From: Synechococcus sp.
GTDB taxonomy: Bacteria; Cyanobacteriota; Cyanobacteriia; Thermostichales; PCC-7336
Direction of reading: 5' to 3'
Assembly: GCA_051439605.1 (NCBI GenBank)
Contig: JBFRWN010000142.1
Location: 34,009 to 98,008, forward strand
Length of the DNA stretch: 64,000 nt
Both the position numbers and the translations under genes were made by a program. Numbering within the stretch: position 1 is the stretch's first letter; every line of letters starts with the position of its first letter. Below are positions 1-9,165 of this stretch, one piece after another. The notes under the pieces were generated by a model. The model ran no database searches. It was given only the letters and a program-made list of their open reading frames with translations, and was not told the origin of the DNA.

Positions 1-847
1 CCATTTCGCAGGTTTTAACGGCCCCCACCACACCTCCCGCAGGACCCGATAAAATACTGTCTTTGCCGCGAAACCAACGAGCATCGGCCAACCCTCCACT
101 AGACTGCATAAACAACAATCGCGCTTTCCCCAACTCCCGAGCAACGCGATCGACATACCGCCGCAGTATGGGGGAGAGATAAGCATCAACAACCGTCGTA
201 TCCCCCCGGCTAACGAGCTTCATCAGTGGGCTGACCTCGTAGGATGCGGAGATTTGGGTAAACCCAATCTCTTCGGCGATGGCTGCTACCCTCTGCTCGT
301 GAGTGGGATAGCGATACCCATGCATGCAGGCGATCGCAATCGACCGTATCCCCGCCTCGTAAGCCTGCTGCAGCCGCTGTCGCGTCTCTTCCTCATGCAA
401 CGGTTGGAGCGTTTCTCCTCGAGCCAAAATGCGCTCGGGAATTTCCACCACCTGTTCGTACAGCATCTCGGGTAACACAATTTCCCGAGCGAAGATATCC
501 GGACGATGTTGATAACCAATTCTGAGGACGTCCCGAAAGCCCTGGGTAACCGCAAACACCGTCCGATCGCCCTGACGTTCTAAAAGGGCATTTGTAGCTA
601 CCGTCGTGCCCATCTTGACCGCATCAATGCATTCGGTAGGAATGGGTTGCCTTGATTCCAGCCCCAGACAATCGCGGATTCCCTGTAGAGCTGCATCGCT
701 GTAGCGATCGGGGTTTTCTGACAGCAGTTTGCGTAACTGTATCGTCCCGTCAGGCTGCTGGGCCACGATATCGGTGAAGGTGCCGCCGCGATCGATCCAA
801 AATTGCCAGCCACGGTCTGGGTTAGAGGCAGAGATATTTACCGTCAT
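1..847 (-). CDS. 5-oxoprolinase / hydantoinase-oxoprolinase family protein, N-terminal part (runs off the left edge)
   Basis: Not in the ORF track. Manual translation from ATG at 847 gives [26 protein letters not shown], and near the edge [24 protein letters not shown] in the same frame. DRGGTFTD and SGPAGG are hydantoinase A motifs. Confidence 0.92.
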   Translation of the reverse strand, partial: MTVNISASNPDRGWQFWIDRGGTFTDIVAQQPDGTIQLRKLLSENPDRYSDAALQGIRDCLGLESRQPIPTECIDAVKMGTTVATNALLERQGDRTVFAVTQGFRDVLRIGYQHRPDIFAREIVLPEMLYEQVVEIPERILARGETLQPLHEEETRQRLQQAYEAGIRSIAIACMHGYRYPTHEQRVAAIAEEIGFTQISASYEVSPLMKLVSRGDTTVVDAYLSPILRRYVDRVARELGKARLLFMQSSGGLADARWFRGKDSILSGPAGGVVGAVKTCEM

Positions 848-1114
848 ATCCAATTGGGTTAGATGCTGAACCTGTCGAAGAGCCCTATCCATCAGGGTAA
901 CGGTTGGGAGAAGAGGGACTCGCTTTTTGGCCGATCGTTCAGTCAAGATTGTGAATTAAGTCCAGCCTTGGAGTATGAAACCGTGCCAGATCCACAGGGT
1001 CTTCAAGGTCCCTAGCCGATAAAAAGGGGAGGACGGACAATTTTACCCATCAGGCAAAACACCCTAGGGTTCCCCCGTAGCCATAGCATGGTTGACTTCC
1101 CCCCTCCTTAGAAA

Positions 1115-1135
1115 TACGGATTACTGATATCCGTA
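1115..1135. promoter_or_regulatory. Perfect inverted repeat TACGGAT-N7-ATCCGTA, possible operator in a divergent intergenic region
   Basis: Palindrome seen directly; the binding factor is unknown. Confidence 0.3.
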
Positions 1136-1470
1136 GACACGCGGTTCACAATGGGCTGCAACGCCCAGTTCAATAGGTACAGTCCTGAGCAATACATCAG
1201 AACTCTGCCATCCACTGTCCGACATCGGCGACATTCTCGCTCCATTTCGCTATCCCCAGCCCTCTTTTATCTGTTGTACAGCTATTGCTAGCCAATGCTT
1301 CTGCCTTAATCAGCACCGAACTAAACCTCGATCGCATACGCTTCACACAACCATCTCACTTCATCTGAAATAAATAATTTTGATGGGGAAAATCCCCGTC
1401 TAGATTCACAACTGATTCACATTCAATCTTTAGATTAGGAGCTGTCAGAGAACAGATTCGGTGACGGGCA

Positions 1471-1665
1471 ATGACCATCAAGCAACTTGTTGAGCAAACC
1501 TTCCTTGACTCCATTTTGACCACAGAGGTAGAAGAGCGAATCAACTTGCTGTTGTGGAGTAATCAGTTTGATACCGAAGATATTTCTGCGTTAGACGAGT
1601 TAGTCGTTGCCCTACAACTTAACGAGATCTCCGTTCCCAATTACAGTGCCTACGTTTCTGCTTAA
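1471..1665 (+). CDS. Small acidic helical hypothetical protein (64 aa), resembling conserved small cyanobacterial proteins
   Basis: ATG start, protein-like composition, followed by an intrinsic terminator. Confidence 0.7.
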   Translation: MTIKQLVEQTFLDSILTTEVEERINLLLWSNQFDTEDISALDELVVALQLNEISVPNYSAYVSA

Positions 1666-1740
1666 AGCTTTGCGTTCAGTTGGATACCAGAGATGAATTG
1701 TTGAATTCTCCTCCTGATGACTCTCGTGTGCTGTATGTCT

Positions 1741-1766
1741 TCCCCTGCTTCGTAGGGGATTTTTTT
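1741..1766 (+). terminator. Rho-independent terminator
   Basis: TCCCCTGC-TTC-GTAGGGGA stem-loop followed by T7. Confidence 0.75.
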
Positions 1767-2019
1767 GAACTCTTGCGATCGTATACGGCTAAGTTTCACC
1801 CGTTATACTATCTAGCCTCATCTAAACAAGTAGCACAGGTATCTAAACTGATGCCGATTTGCAGGCAGAATAACTCCACGCATTATCCTGTGGCCCCATC
1901 TGACGGCTGCCATCCAGTGAAATTTCACGATTTGACAGCGATCGGCATCACAAGAGTATGGTTTCTCAAGCCCCAGGTTTTATGATGTTGGAACGCTATG
2001 CTGCTATGGCAGCTAGGCA

Positions 2020-2694
2020 ATGTTTCGAGCCCATCGTATGACTGCACCCATTGCTTCCCCTTCCCTCGAGATACTGGCTGAAATTGATTCCTTTGCTTAT
2101 GACGAGAAAGGACTGATTCCGGCAGTTATTCAGGATTATCTTGACGGCACCGTATTAATGGTTGCCTGGATGAATCGGGAATCACTGAGAAAAACGCTTG
2201 AAAGTGGGGACACTTGGTTTTGGAGTCGGTCCCGGAAACAGCTTTGGCATAAAGGAGCGACATCCGGGCACACTCAACACGTACGGGAACTTCGATACGA
2301 CTGCGATCGCGACACGCTTTTGGTGTTGGTTGAGCAACAGGGGGATGTTGCCTGCCATACAGGGGAACGGAGTTGCTTTTTCACCCCTTTGCATTCGGTT
2401 TCTGAAGTTGCCGCTGCTGCGGACACCCTTTCACAAGTATTTGCCGTCATTAAAGATCGTCAAGCTCATCCCCAACCTGATTCCTACACGAATCAGTTGT
2501 TTGCAAAGGGCGATAACGGCATATTGAAAAAAATCGGAGAGGAAGCCGCAGAGGTCGTCATGGCTGCAAAGGATGACGACGCTGACGCTCTAGCGGGCGA
2601 AGTTGCTGACCTCTGGTACCACTGTCTCGTTACACTGGCCCACCACCAAGTTGATATTAAGGATGTCTATCGCAAGCTCCAAACCCGCCGCTAA
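2020..2694 (+). CDS. hisIE: Bifunctional phosphoribosyl-AMP cyclohydrolase / phosphoribosyl-ATP pyrophosphatase
   Basis: [29 protein letters not shown] and KKIGEEAAE motifs; start may be ATG 2038. Confidence 0.97.
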   Translation: MFRAHRMTAPIASPSLEILAEIDSFAYDEKGLIPAVIQDYLDGTVLMVAWMNRESLRKTLESGDTWFWSRSRKQLWHKGATSGHTQHVRELRYDCDRDTLLVLVEQQGDVACHTGERSCFFTPLHSVSEVAAAADTLSQVFAVIKDRQAHPQPDSYTNQLFAKGDNGILKKIGEEAAEVVMAAKDDDADALAGEVADLWYHCLVTLAHHQVDIKDVYRKLQTRR

Positions 2695-2704
2695 CAACGC
2701 TTCC

Positions 2705-3274
2705 ATGGCAAACGCCGTAAAAGAGGAAAAGCAGAGCCGCATGCACCTAAGGGTGTATGCCAATCAAGCTGGGGAAGTGGATATGTCTACCCCACTTGCC
2801 CCATTATCGGACTATCTTCGCCAGCACGAGCAGTGGATTGAAACGTGCTTTCAACCCCTTAAGGTCACTCCCCTATCAACCGATTCCTACATGCTCAAGT
2901 TTTTCCGCATGGGAGCCTTGGGATTCGACTTAGAGCCCTGCTTTGGGATTCAGATTGGCTCTAAAGGCGATCGCCTGTTCTACCTTCATTCCATCCCGTT
3001 ATCTGGTGATAGCGATCTACCCTACACCGTCGACTGCACCTCAGAATTCCGGTTAGATGAAGTGGGTGGTCAGGATGGCCCCACCACCCGCGTCTACTGG
3101 ACGTTACATCTCGATATCGAGGTCGAGCTCCCTCGTTTTCTTCAAGTTCTGCCCCGCAATCGGGTCCGGTCTGTGGCGGAGGCATTGGTCAACCAAGTGG
3201 CTCGCCGCATGTGCAACCGCCTGACTCAAAATATTTGCCAAGACTATGACGGTTGGCGAGACGCGAACTTCTAA
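2705..3274 (+). CDS. DUF1997 family protein
   Basis: Typical pattern (YL...W...CFQP..., LP.FL..LP); ATG at 2705 just after the hisIE stop. Confidence 0.75.
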   Translation: MANAVKEEKQSRMHLRVYANQAGEVDMSTPLAPLSDYLRQHEQWIETCFQPLKVTPLSTDSYMLKFFRMGALGFDLEPCFGIQIGSKGDRLFYLHSIPLSGDSDLPYTVDCTSEFRLDEVGGQDGPTTRVYWTLHLDIEVELPRFLQVLPRNRVRSVAEALVNQVARRMCNRLTQNICQDYDGWRDANF

Positions 3275-3298
3275 GACAAAGCAATAACACTTGCGAGT

Positions 3299-3748
3299 TC
3301 AAAACGCGCAGGATTTGGGCAGTGGGGGCTGGTCGGCCAATTGAAGAGCAAAATCTGCCTCAAGGGCGATCGCGGAGAAGCCATCGTCGATGCTGCCGCT
3401 GAAGGCATGGGGGCTGTAGCCGTCTGGATGCATGTGGATGCGGACTATGAGGGGTTCATTTCCCGCTACGTCTACGGGACCACCAGAGCGAGTGAAGGGT
3501 TGTTCGTTGACATGGCTGTGTAATAGAACTCGACGATAAAGAAGTTTGCCTTCGGGGGTAATGACTTCCCACCAATCGGCATAGCGATCGCAGCCGGTGT
3601 CGGGACTGCTGATGGTGACGGAGAAGCTTGTCCCGGAGGTGGTGACGCCTAGGACTTTCGCTTCGGAGGCAGCGGAGACGGGTTGAGTCATGGGAGCGAG
3701 ACAAAGCAGGGAGATAAATAGGAGTCGACCGAGATTATTCGGCGTCAT
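3299..3748 (-). CDS. Secreted conserved hypothetical protein with His motifs
   Basis: Signal-peptide-like N-terminus; DTGCDRYADWWEV...LLHSHVNEQPFTRS...HMH. Confidence 0.75.
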   Translation of the reverse strand: MTPNNLGRLLFISLLCLAPMTQPVSAASEAKVLGVTTSGTSFSVTISSPDTGCDRYADWWEVITPEGKLLYRRVLLHSHVNEQPFTRSGGPVDVAGNEPLIVRIHMHPDGYSPHAFSGSIDDGFSAIALEADFALQLADQPPLPKSCAF

Positions 3749-3928
3749 GGGAGCGGGTTGAGTCTGGGACTGTATGAGGATAGCTAATTTTTTTCTTTGA
3801 GAAGTTGACCTCTGCTGCGGCCTATTGTTGCAATTGGGCAAGTCGGCACTGACTGGTAGGTCAAGCAATTGAACAACTTGTACGGTTTCGTCAACGCAAT
3901 CGACAGGGTAAGCCCGAGCCCCAGAGAG

Positions 3929-4384
3929 TTAACTGGTACGATCCTCTTTTCCATCTGGCAAGATTGTCACCAATCCTCGAATTTCAAACTGGTACAAGAT
4001 CCCGCCATCATCTGTCACATCAAACGTGCCATCAAACTCCCGCACACATCGATCCAAATAGGCCTTCGCCTCATCCCCCTCAACACGAGCTTCCATTGCC
4101 ATCTGCAACACGCTCACCGAGCCGTCCCCAGACTTCACAAGCTGATAAAACACCTGCTGCAACCGAGCCTGCCGCTCCCGTAAATGTTGCTGTCTTAATC
4201 CCCATGCCAGCCAGCCTCCGGCCCCCAAGGCGGGAGCCCCAAAAATCATAAATGCTGGAATTGCGGACTTTCGAGTGAGTTCTTTCTCATCCAGAGACAT
4301 TCCTACGGCGATCGCCCCTATCAACAACGCCCAAAACAGCAACACCCCCGATGCTGCTTTGCGAATGACCTTCATAACCCACAT
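3929..4384 (-). CDS. Hypothetical membrane protein (two TM helices plus a soluble C-terminal domain)
   Basis: Two hydrophobic segments; C-terminal F..TDDGGILYQF pattern. Confidence 0.75.
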   Translation of the reverse strand: MWVMKVIRKAASGVLLFWALLIGAIAVGMSLDEKELTRKSAIPAFMIFGAPALGAGGWLAWGLRQQHLRERQARLQQVFYQLVKSGDGSVSVLQMAMEARVEGDEAKAYLDRCVREFDGTFDVTDDGGILYQFEIRGLVTILPDGKEDRTS

Positions 4385-4586
4385 CCACTCATCATGAGGA
4401 AATTGTACTTCCGGGATTTTTCCGATTCCGAGTCAAATTAGCCAATCTCTCAATCAACAGAATCACGAGCAAGGAACCTGGGCAAGAGTGCCACAGTTTT
4501 CCGTCTCATTTTCCACACCTCCCAGTGCGGCCCAAGTCCCACTCTCCATCGACAAGGTTAAACAAAACTCTTCAGACCGTTCACCC

Positions 4587-7500
4587 TCACTCCCAATGTC
4601 GCAAAGCCGCCGACCAAGACTGAAATGTCTGCATCGTGCTATCTCGCCGAGCCTCGAAGGTAGCAGCAATCCAAATCAGCGTTACACCCAAGGCAATTCC
4701 AATGCTCCATAATGCAACGGACGCATCAGAAATCGCCAACCAAGTCTGACGCAACAGGGCGATCGCAAACACAGCACTCCCCACGTACAAATAAGCCCGC
4801 ACCCGTAACCCCAACCCAGCGATCGCCACCCCCAACCCCAACCCCACCCCCGCCCACACTTGACCGGTGGAAGTCTCCAGCTCGATAGCACAAGTGAGAC
4901 AGATTAAAGCCACCAGCAAGCAACGCAACCAATGGCGCGTTTCCCGTTGCTCAGGCGTAGCAATAGCAGGATCCACCTGAGCAGCGTACAATCCCGCACC
5001 ACCCAGCACGAACACCGCCCAAAAGGCATCCAGCCAACCGGCTGTCCCCAACAACTGCAACAGCCCCCAATCTGCAAATAGCAGAGCTATGTAGCTGAGG
5101 CGAATGCGGCGCGATCGCAAAGCCAGCCAAGCGTAATCAGCCGCCACCAATAGCAAACTTTGCCAACCAATCGCCGTAGCTGTAATACCCACCACTAACC
5201 CCGGCAGCACAATCGCAGACCGATGCCACGGATGCGGCAACCATCCCCACCTCTGCCAGGGCAACAGCCACAGGGGCAGACAACTCGCAGCTGCGATCGC
5301 CCCACCCCATTCGAACAGCAGGGTCGGTTCCGGAAGCATCCACACCAGACTGTAGGCAATGGCGATCGCCCCCCAAACAATGCCGCCATAGGTCCACCCA
5401 TCTGCAACGATCTCGCTCTTATTTGCCTCATCGCTCGGCGATCTTTCTCGTCCTCGTGCAACGGCAGAGGTAGCTGCCACCACTGCCGAACCCACCCAAA
5501 TCCAGCGTCCCGTATCGCTTGCTGATAGGGACAGAGCTGCTAGCAGCAACAGGGAACCCGTCCCCCAATGAATGCCGCCACCGATAGACAAGGTGGATCG
5601 ACTGAACCGCAGGTAGCGACCGATCGCATCGGGCAACAATTGATATATGCAGGCAATTACAATCGCCACACCGGCCAATATTCCGACGCCATCCCCCAGT
5701 TCTCCTCCACTGACTCGCAGCAGCTGATCCATCACCCATTGATAAGCGGCCAACGAGATGGCAGCCAATCCGGCGATCGTGAGCGGTTTGAGATGGGGGA
5801 GGCGACGACCCAACCCCACAAATACCACTGCCAGGACCAACGTATAGAGACCGCTGTAGGGACCGAACTGACTTAAGGACAGCAAGAATCCCCAACTGGC
5901 GTAGATTGCGGGTATGACGTGCGAACTAGTGGCGTAGGATTGCCGGGTTCGTTGCACCCACAGATCGCCCCCCATCTGCATCGCCAGAGCCAACCCCAGA
6001 TTGAATATTGCCAGCGGAATCAACTCGGCACTCGCCAGCGAGATCGCGCTAGCCCCCGCTAACTCAACACTCACCGCCAATCCCAAAGCTTCTAGCCACC
6101 CGAACTGTTTGCTAGCGCGAACAGCGATCGCCACCACTATCAATCCAGCTGCTCCCACCTGCACTCCATTGGCAGACAGTTGATTGACATACAGCCCCAC
6201 CGTATAAGACAGCAACAGTAAAAGATTTAGACTGGCCAAGGCAGTTGCCCATCCGTGGGAGGCAACTCCCAGAACTGTCCCTAACTTCCCTCGAATGTCA
6301 ATCCTCCCCTGCAGAATCCACAGCAACAGAGCCACCGCAGATAGAGCCAGCATCCATGCAGTCATTTCGGGGGGATTGGGGGGCATCTGCCAAAAACCAG
6401 CAGCGGCAAACGCCAGACCAAAGCCAATCGCCAATGATGCAAACTCAGTTTTGGGTTGACGGAGAGTCAACCCTGCCATCACCGTCATCCCAATGGCCAA
6501 CCCCGTCAATCGAGGCTCCGGCGACCCCAATGTCAACAGTTGCCCCAGCAGCAATCCAGCAATCGTCACCACAATCGGCGAAATTCGAAACACCTCCGAA
6601 ACCCTTTGCGACAGGAGGGCAGCAGTTACGGGTACCGCCAGCCACAGCAGCCCCCATGTGTTACCATCCGAAAGCGCTGCCACGAAGAAGGCAGAATAGC
6701 CTACGAACCCCAGTGCCAATCCCACGTACCAAGCACTGCGTCGCCAAGACACGAACTTGGCAGAGTGGGCAATGGATATGAATTCCGCAATTGCCAGCCC
6801 CACCAAGATCGTCCCCCAGCTTTGAGGTCCAATCTCCGGCAGCATGGCATCAATGCCAGACAGCACCGTTAACAAACCGGCAATATGGGTGAGATAGATT
6901 GCAAACAGTGTTGCAGGCGATTGGCGACGGGTCACCACAGCTAACGTTCCGGCAGACAGTAGCAAGTGGAGCGATCGCACGCCGGGGTTCCATAGAGCCA
7001 GCAGCGTCAACACCCCGCCAAATCCCAACGTCACCCTATCTAGCCATACAGCCAGCCTGGACTGCTGTTGACCCTTCAACCACTCCGCTCCCGCTACAGA
7101 AACCCAAACCATTGGCAATAACCCCAACCCCACTAAGGCAGTCGGCATTCCAATCGGTCCAAAAAGCTGCACCGATCCTTCCAGCACCCACTGACGGAAG
7201 ATGGCGGGTAAGCTTTGCCACACCAACAGCCACCCCTGCACAGTTACCGCAAACAGCAACAGCAAATCTGCGACTTGCCACATCCGCCGCAGGCGATCGC
7301 CCAACAGCCACAGCACCAAGGCACTAATGACTAACGCCTGTAGGGGCACTTCAAGCACTGTTAACCGCCATCCCACCAGCGAAGCTATCCCCGAGATCGC
7401 CAGCCAAAGCTGCGGTTGAGGCCGAGATCGGGCTAGCCACCCCACCTGCCAGCCAAACATACCGATTGCCAACCCCAATTGGGCAATCGCAATCTGCGGA

Positions 7501-8381
7501 TCGAGGACAGCCCTAGCCAACAGCAGCAGCATCCCCACCGTCAGAATGGAGCGACCCAGCACAGAAGCATTGGGATACCGAGCCATCTGAGGGGATAACG
7601 GAGTTCTAGAAAAGGCACGATCGGAAATCCAGAATCCGAGGGAAGCAAACAGCGCTCCCAAATACGTTGCCACCAACGGCCAACCAGAAAGTCCCCATCC
7701 CCAATGCAGACCGCAGAGCATAAGCCCGCACCCCCATACCGGCATCGGCAATCTAGGACGGAGCAACCAGACCTCCAGTGAAATGAGGCTTGCGGTGGCG
7801 ATCGCCGTCAGCCCCCACCCCCAACCGCTATTCCAGAGGTTCAGTCCGTCCGCTGCCCAAAAGTTCAACGGAACGAGAAACAACGCAGCCGCCCGCACCA
7901 TCCGACTGGTCAAGCGCAACTTTTCGGACCGCCCCGTCCACCAGCCAGCCCCCCAAAATGCCAGAGTATAGCTCCACAAAATGGCGTATTGCCCAATATT
8001 GGAAACCCGCTGCCACTGACTGGCCGCCAACGCCCCTGACGACACCACCACCACAAACACCCCCAGCGCCAGCAGCCAGTTGAGGCTAAATTCAGCAGCT
8101 AACGATGCGCCTAAAGCTTCGAGGGGAGTTGGTTCGGTAGATCTAGAAGCCTGAGGGGGCATTGCAGTCGCTGCACTCAGACGACTGGTTGGAGCGGATA
8201 CTCCTTGTGGTACAGGAGACGCCACGAGTGGACAGGTGAAGAATTCGCTACATTGGCGGCGTACCTCAGCATCGGAAATCAGTCCTAACTCCAGCCACCG
8301 CTCCAGTCCAGCAAGAAATAACTGGGGCGATCTGCGGGGATCGATCGCCAGTTTGAGCCAAATGGAAACATCAGACTGCAT
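4587..8381 (-). CDS. Large polytopic membrane protein, DUF2157-like
   Basis: About 1260 aa and almost entirely hydrophobic helices; N-terminal LERWLELGLISD motif; probable ATG at 8381. Confidence 0.8.
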   Translation of the reverse strand: MQSDVSIWLKLAIDPRRSPQLFLAGLERWLELGLISDAEVRRQCSEFFTCPLVASPVPQGVSAPTSRLSAATAMPPQASRSTEPTPLEALGASLAAEFSLNWLLALGVFVVVVSSGALAASQWQRVSNIGQYAILWSYTLAFWGAGWWTGRSEKLRLTSRMVRAAALFLVPLNFWAADGLNLWNSGWGWGLTAIATASLISLEVWLLRPRLPMPVWGCGLMLCGLHWGWGLSGWPLVATYLGALFASLGFWISDRAFSRTPLSPQMARYPNASVLGRSILTVGMLLLLARAVLDPQIAIAQLGLAIGMFGWQVGWLARSRPQPQLWLAISGIASLVGWRLTVLEVPLQALVISALVLWLLGDRLRRMWQVADLLLLFAVTVQGWLLVWQSLPAIFRQWVLEGSVQLFGPIGMPTALVGLGLLPMVWVSVAGAEWLKGQQQSRLAVWLDRVTLGFGGVLTLLALWNPGVRSLHLLLSAGTLAVVTRRQSPATLFAIYLTHIAGLLTVLSGIDAMLPEIGPQSWGTILVGLAIAEFISIAHSAKFVSWRRSAWYVGLALGFVGYSAFFVAALSDGNTWGLLWLAVPVTAALLSQRVSEVFRISPIVVTIAGLLLGQLLTLGSPEPRLTGLAIGMTVMAGLTLRQPKTEFASLAIGFGLAFAAAGFWQMPPNPPEMTAWMLALSAVALLLWILQGRIDIRGKLGTVLGVASHGWATALASLNLLLLLSYTVGLYVNQLSANGVQVGAAGLIVVAIAVRASKQFGWLEALGLAVSVELAGASAISLASAELIPLAIFNLGLALAMQMGGDLWVQRTRQSYATSSHVIPAIYASWGFLLSLSQFGPYSGLYTLVLAVVFVGLGRRLPHLKPLTIAGLAAISLAAYQWVMDQLLRVSGGELGDGVGILAGVAIVIACIYQLLPDAIGRYLRFSRSTLSIGGGIHWGTGSLLLLAALSLSASDTGRWIWVGSAVVAATSAVARGRERSPSDEANKSEIVADGWTYGGIVWGAIAIAYSLVWMLPEPTLLFEWGGAIAAASCLPLWLLPWQRWGWLPHPWHRSAIVLPGLVVGITATAIGWQSLLLVAADYAWLALRSRRIRLSYIALLFADWGLLQLLGTAGWLDAFWAVFVLGGAGLYAAQVDPAIATPEQRETRHWLRCLLVALICLTCAIELETSTGQVWAGVGLGLGVAIAGLGLRVRAYLYVGSAVFAIALLRQTWLAISDASVALWSIGIALGVTLIWIAATFEARRDSTMQTFQSWSAALRHWE

Positions 8382-8720
8382 GAGAGAGCACCTGGCTGGA
8401 TGTGTTCCCAAGTTAAAGGGAACAAAAAGCGGACCCCATTAAAACTGTGTCAATTTCTCAATTGCCCCCTGTGACATCTGCCCGTTAACGATATGCACCA
8501 ACGAGAGCCTGAAGAAAGCACCTAGGCAGGCTTTCCTCATACAGAGCCGCAGTCCTAATCGCTATGCTAAGAGGAGCCCATCCCACATCCGCAGTAAATC
8601 ATCCTTAACCTGCGCCCGAGCGCGAATACTAAGATGTGAGCGATCGCCTCAACTGACGATTGCTCACCATTAAAACAAGGCAATTCTCAATTTGAATACA
8701 GCAGAAATCTAGAGCTGAGC

Positions 8721-8933
8721 CTAGCCTCCTCCGACTAACGCCCCAAGCAAAGAGAACAGAATTCCCAAAGCAAAGATAATCAGAAAGACAATCAATTGTG
8801 CTTGGGCAAAGCTCTTCTTCGAAGCCTTAGCACCAGACCCAAATGCCCAGACAAACAGCATGATAATGCCAACAATGGGTATCACCATAATCAGAAAGGT
8901 GATAAGCCATTCTCCAACAGAGACTGGTTCCAT
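8721..8933 (-). CDS. Small membrane protein (70 aa)
   Basis: MEPVSVGEWLITFLIMVIPIVGIIMLFVWAFG...KKSFAQA, a recognisable small-membrane-protein pattern. Confidence 0.7.
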   Translation of the reverse strand: MEPVSVGEWLITFLIMVIPIVGIIMLFVWAFGSGAKASKKSFAQAQLIVFLIIFALGILFSLLGALVGGG

Positions 8934-9165
8934 CTGTTCACCCCAAAATAAAAAACTTCGTCTGCGAACGGAATCGTTCACGAGCAATTTAATCAGAGTT
9001 ATTTACTCGATGCACGTATTGTTATTGAATGAAAAGTGAACCGGGCAATCGCAACCCCATGCAAGAATCCAGCCTCCTTCAAGTACGTGAATCAGCGATC
9101 AGCATGGCATTGATAATATTGGACGATCCGATCTGTGTCTCCACATATCCCAAATCAATTCGTAA

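Noticed and set aside
4780..4860. CCCAACCCC-type repeats and long alternative-frame ORFs within the DUF2157-like gene
   Set aside because: Explained by Gly/Leu/Val codon usage on the coding strand; shadow ORFs.
9060..9095. LKEAG-like match suggesting a PhnD remnant downstream of the left GGDEF-EAL paralog
   Set aside because: Only about 14 nt of similarity with no flanking homology.
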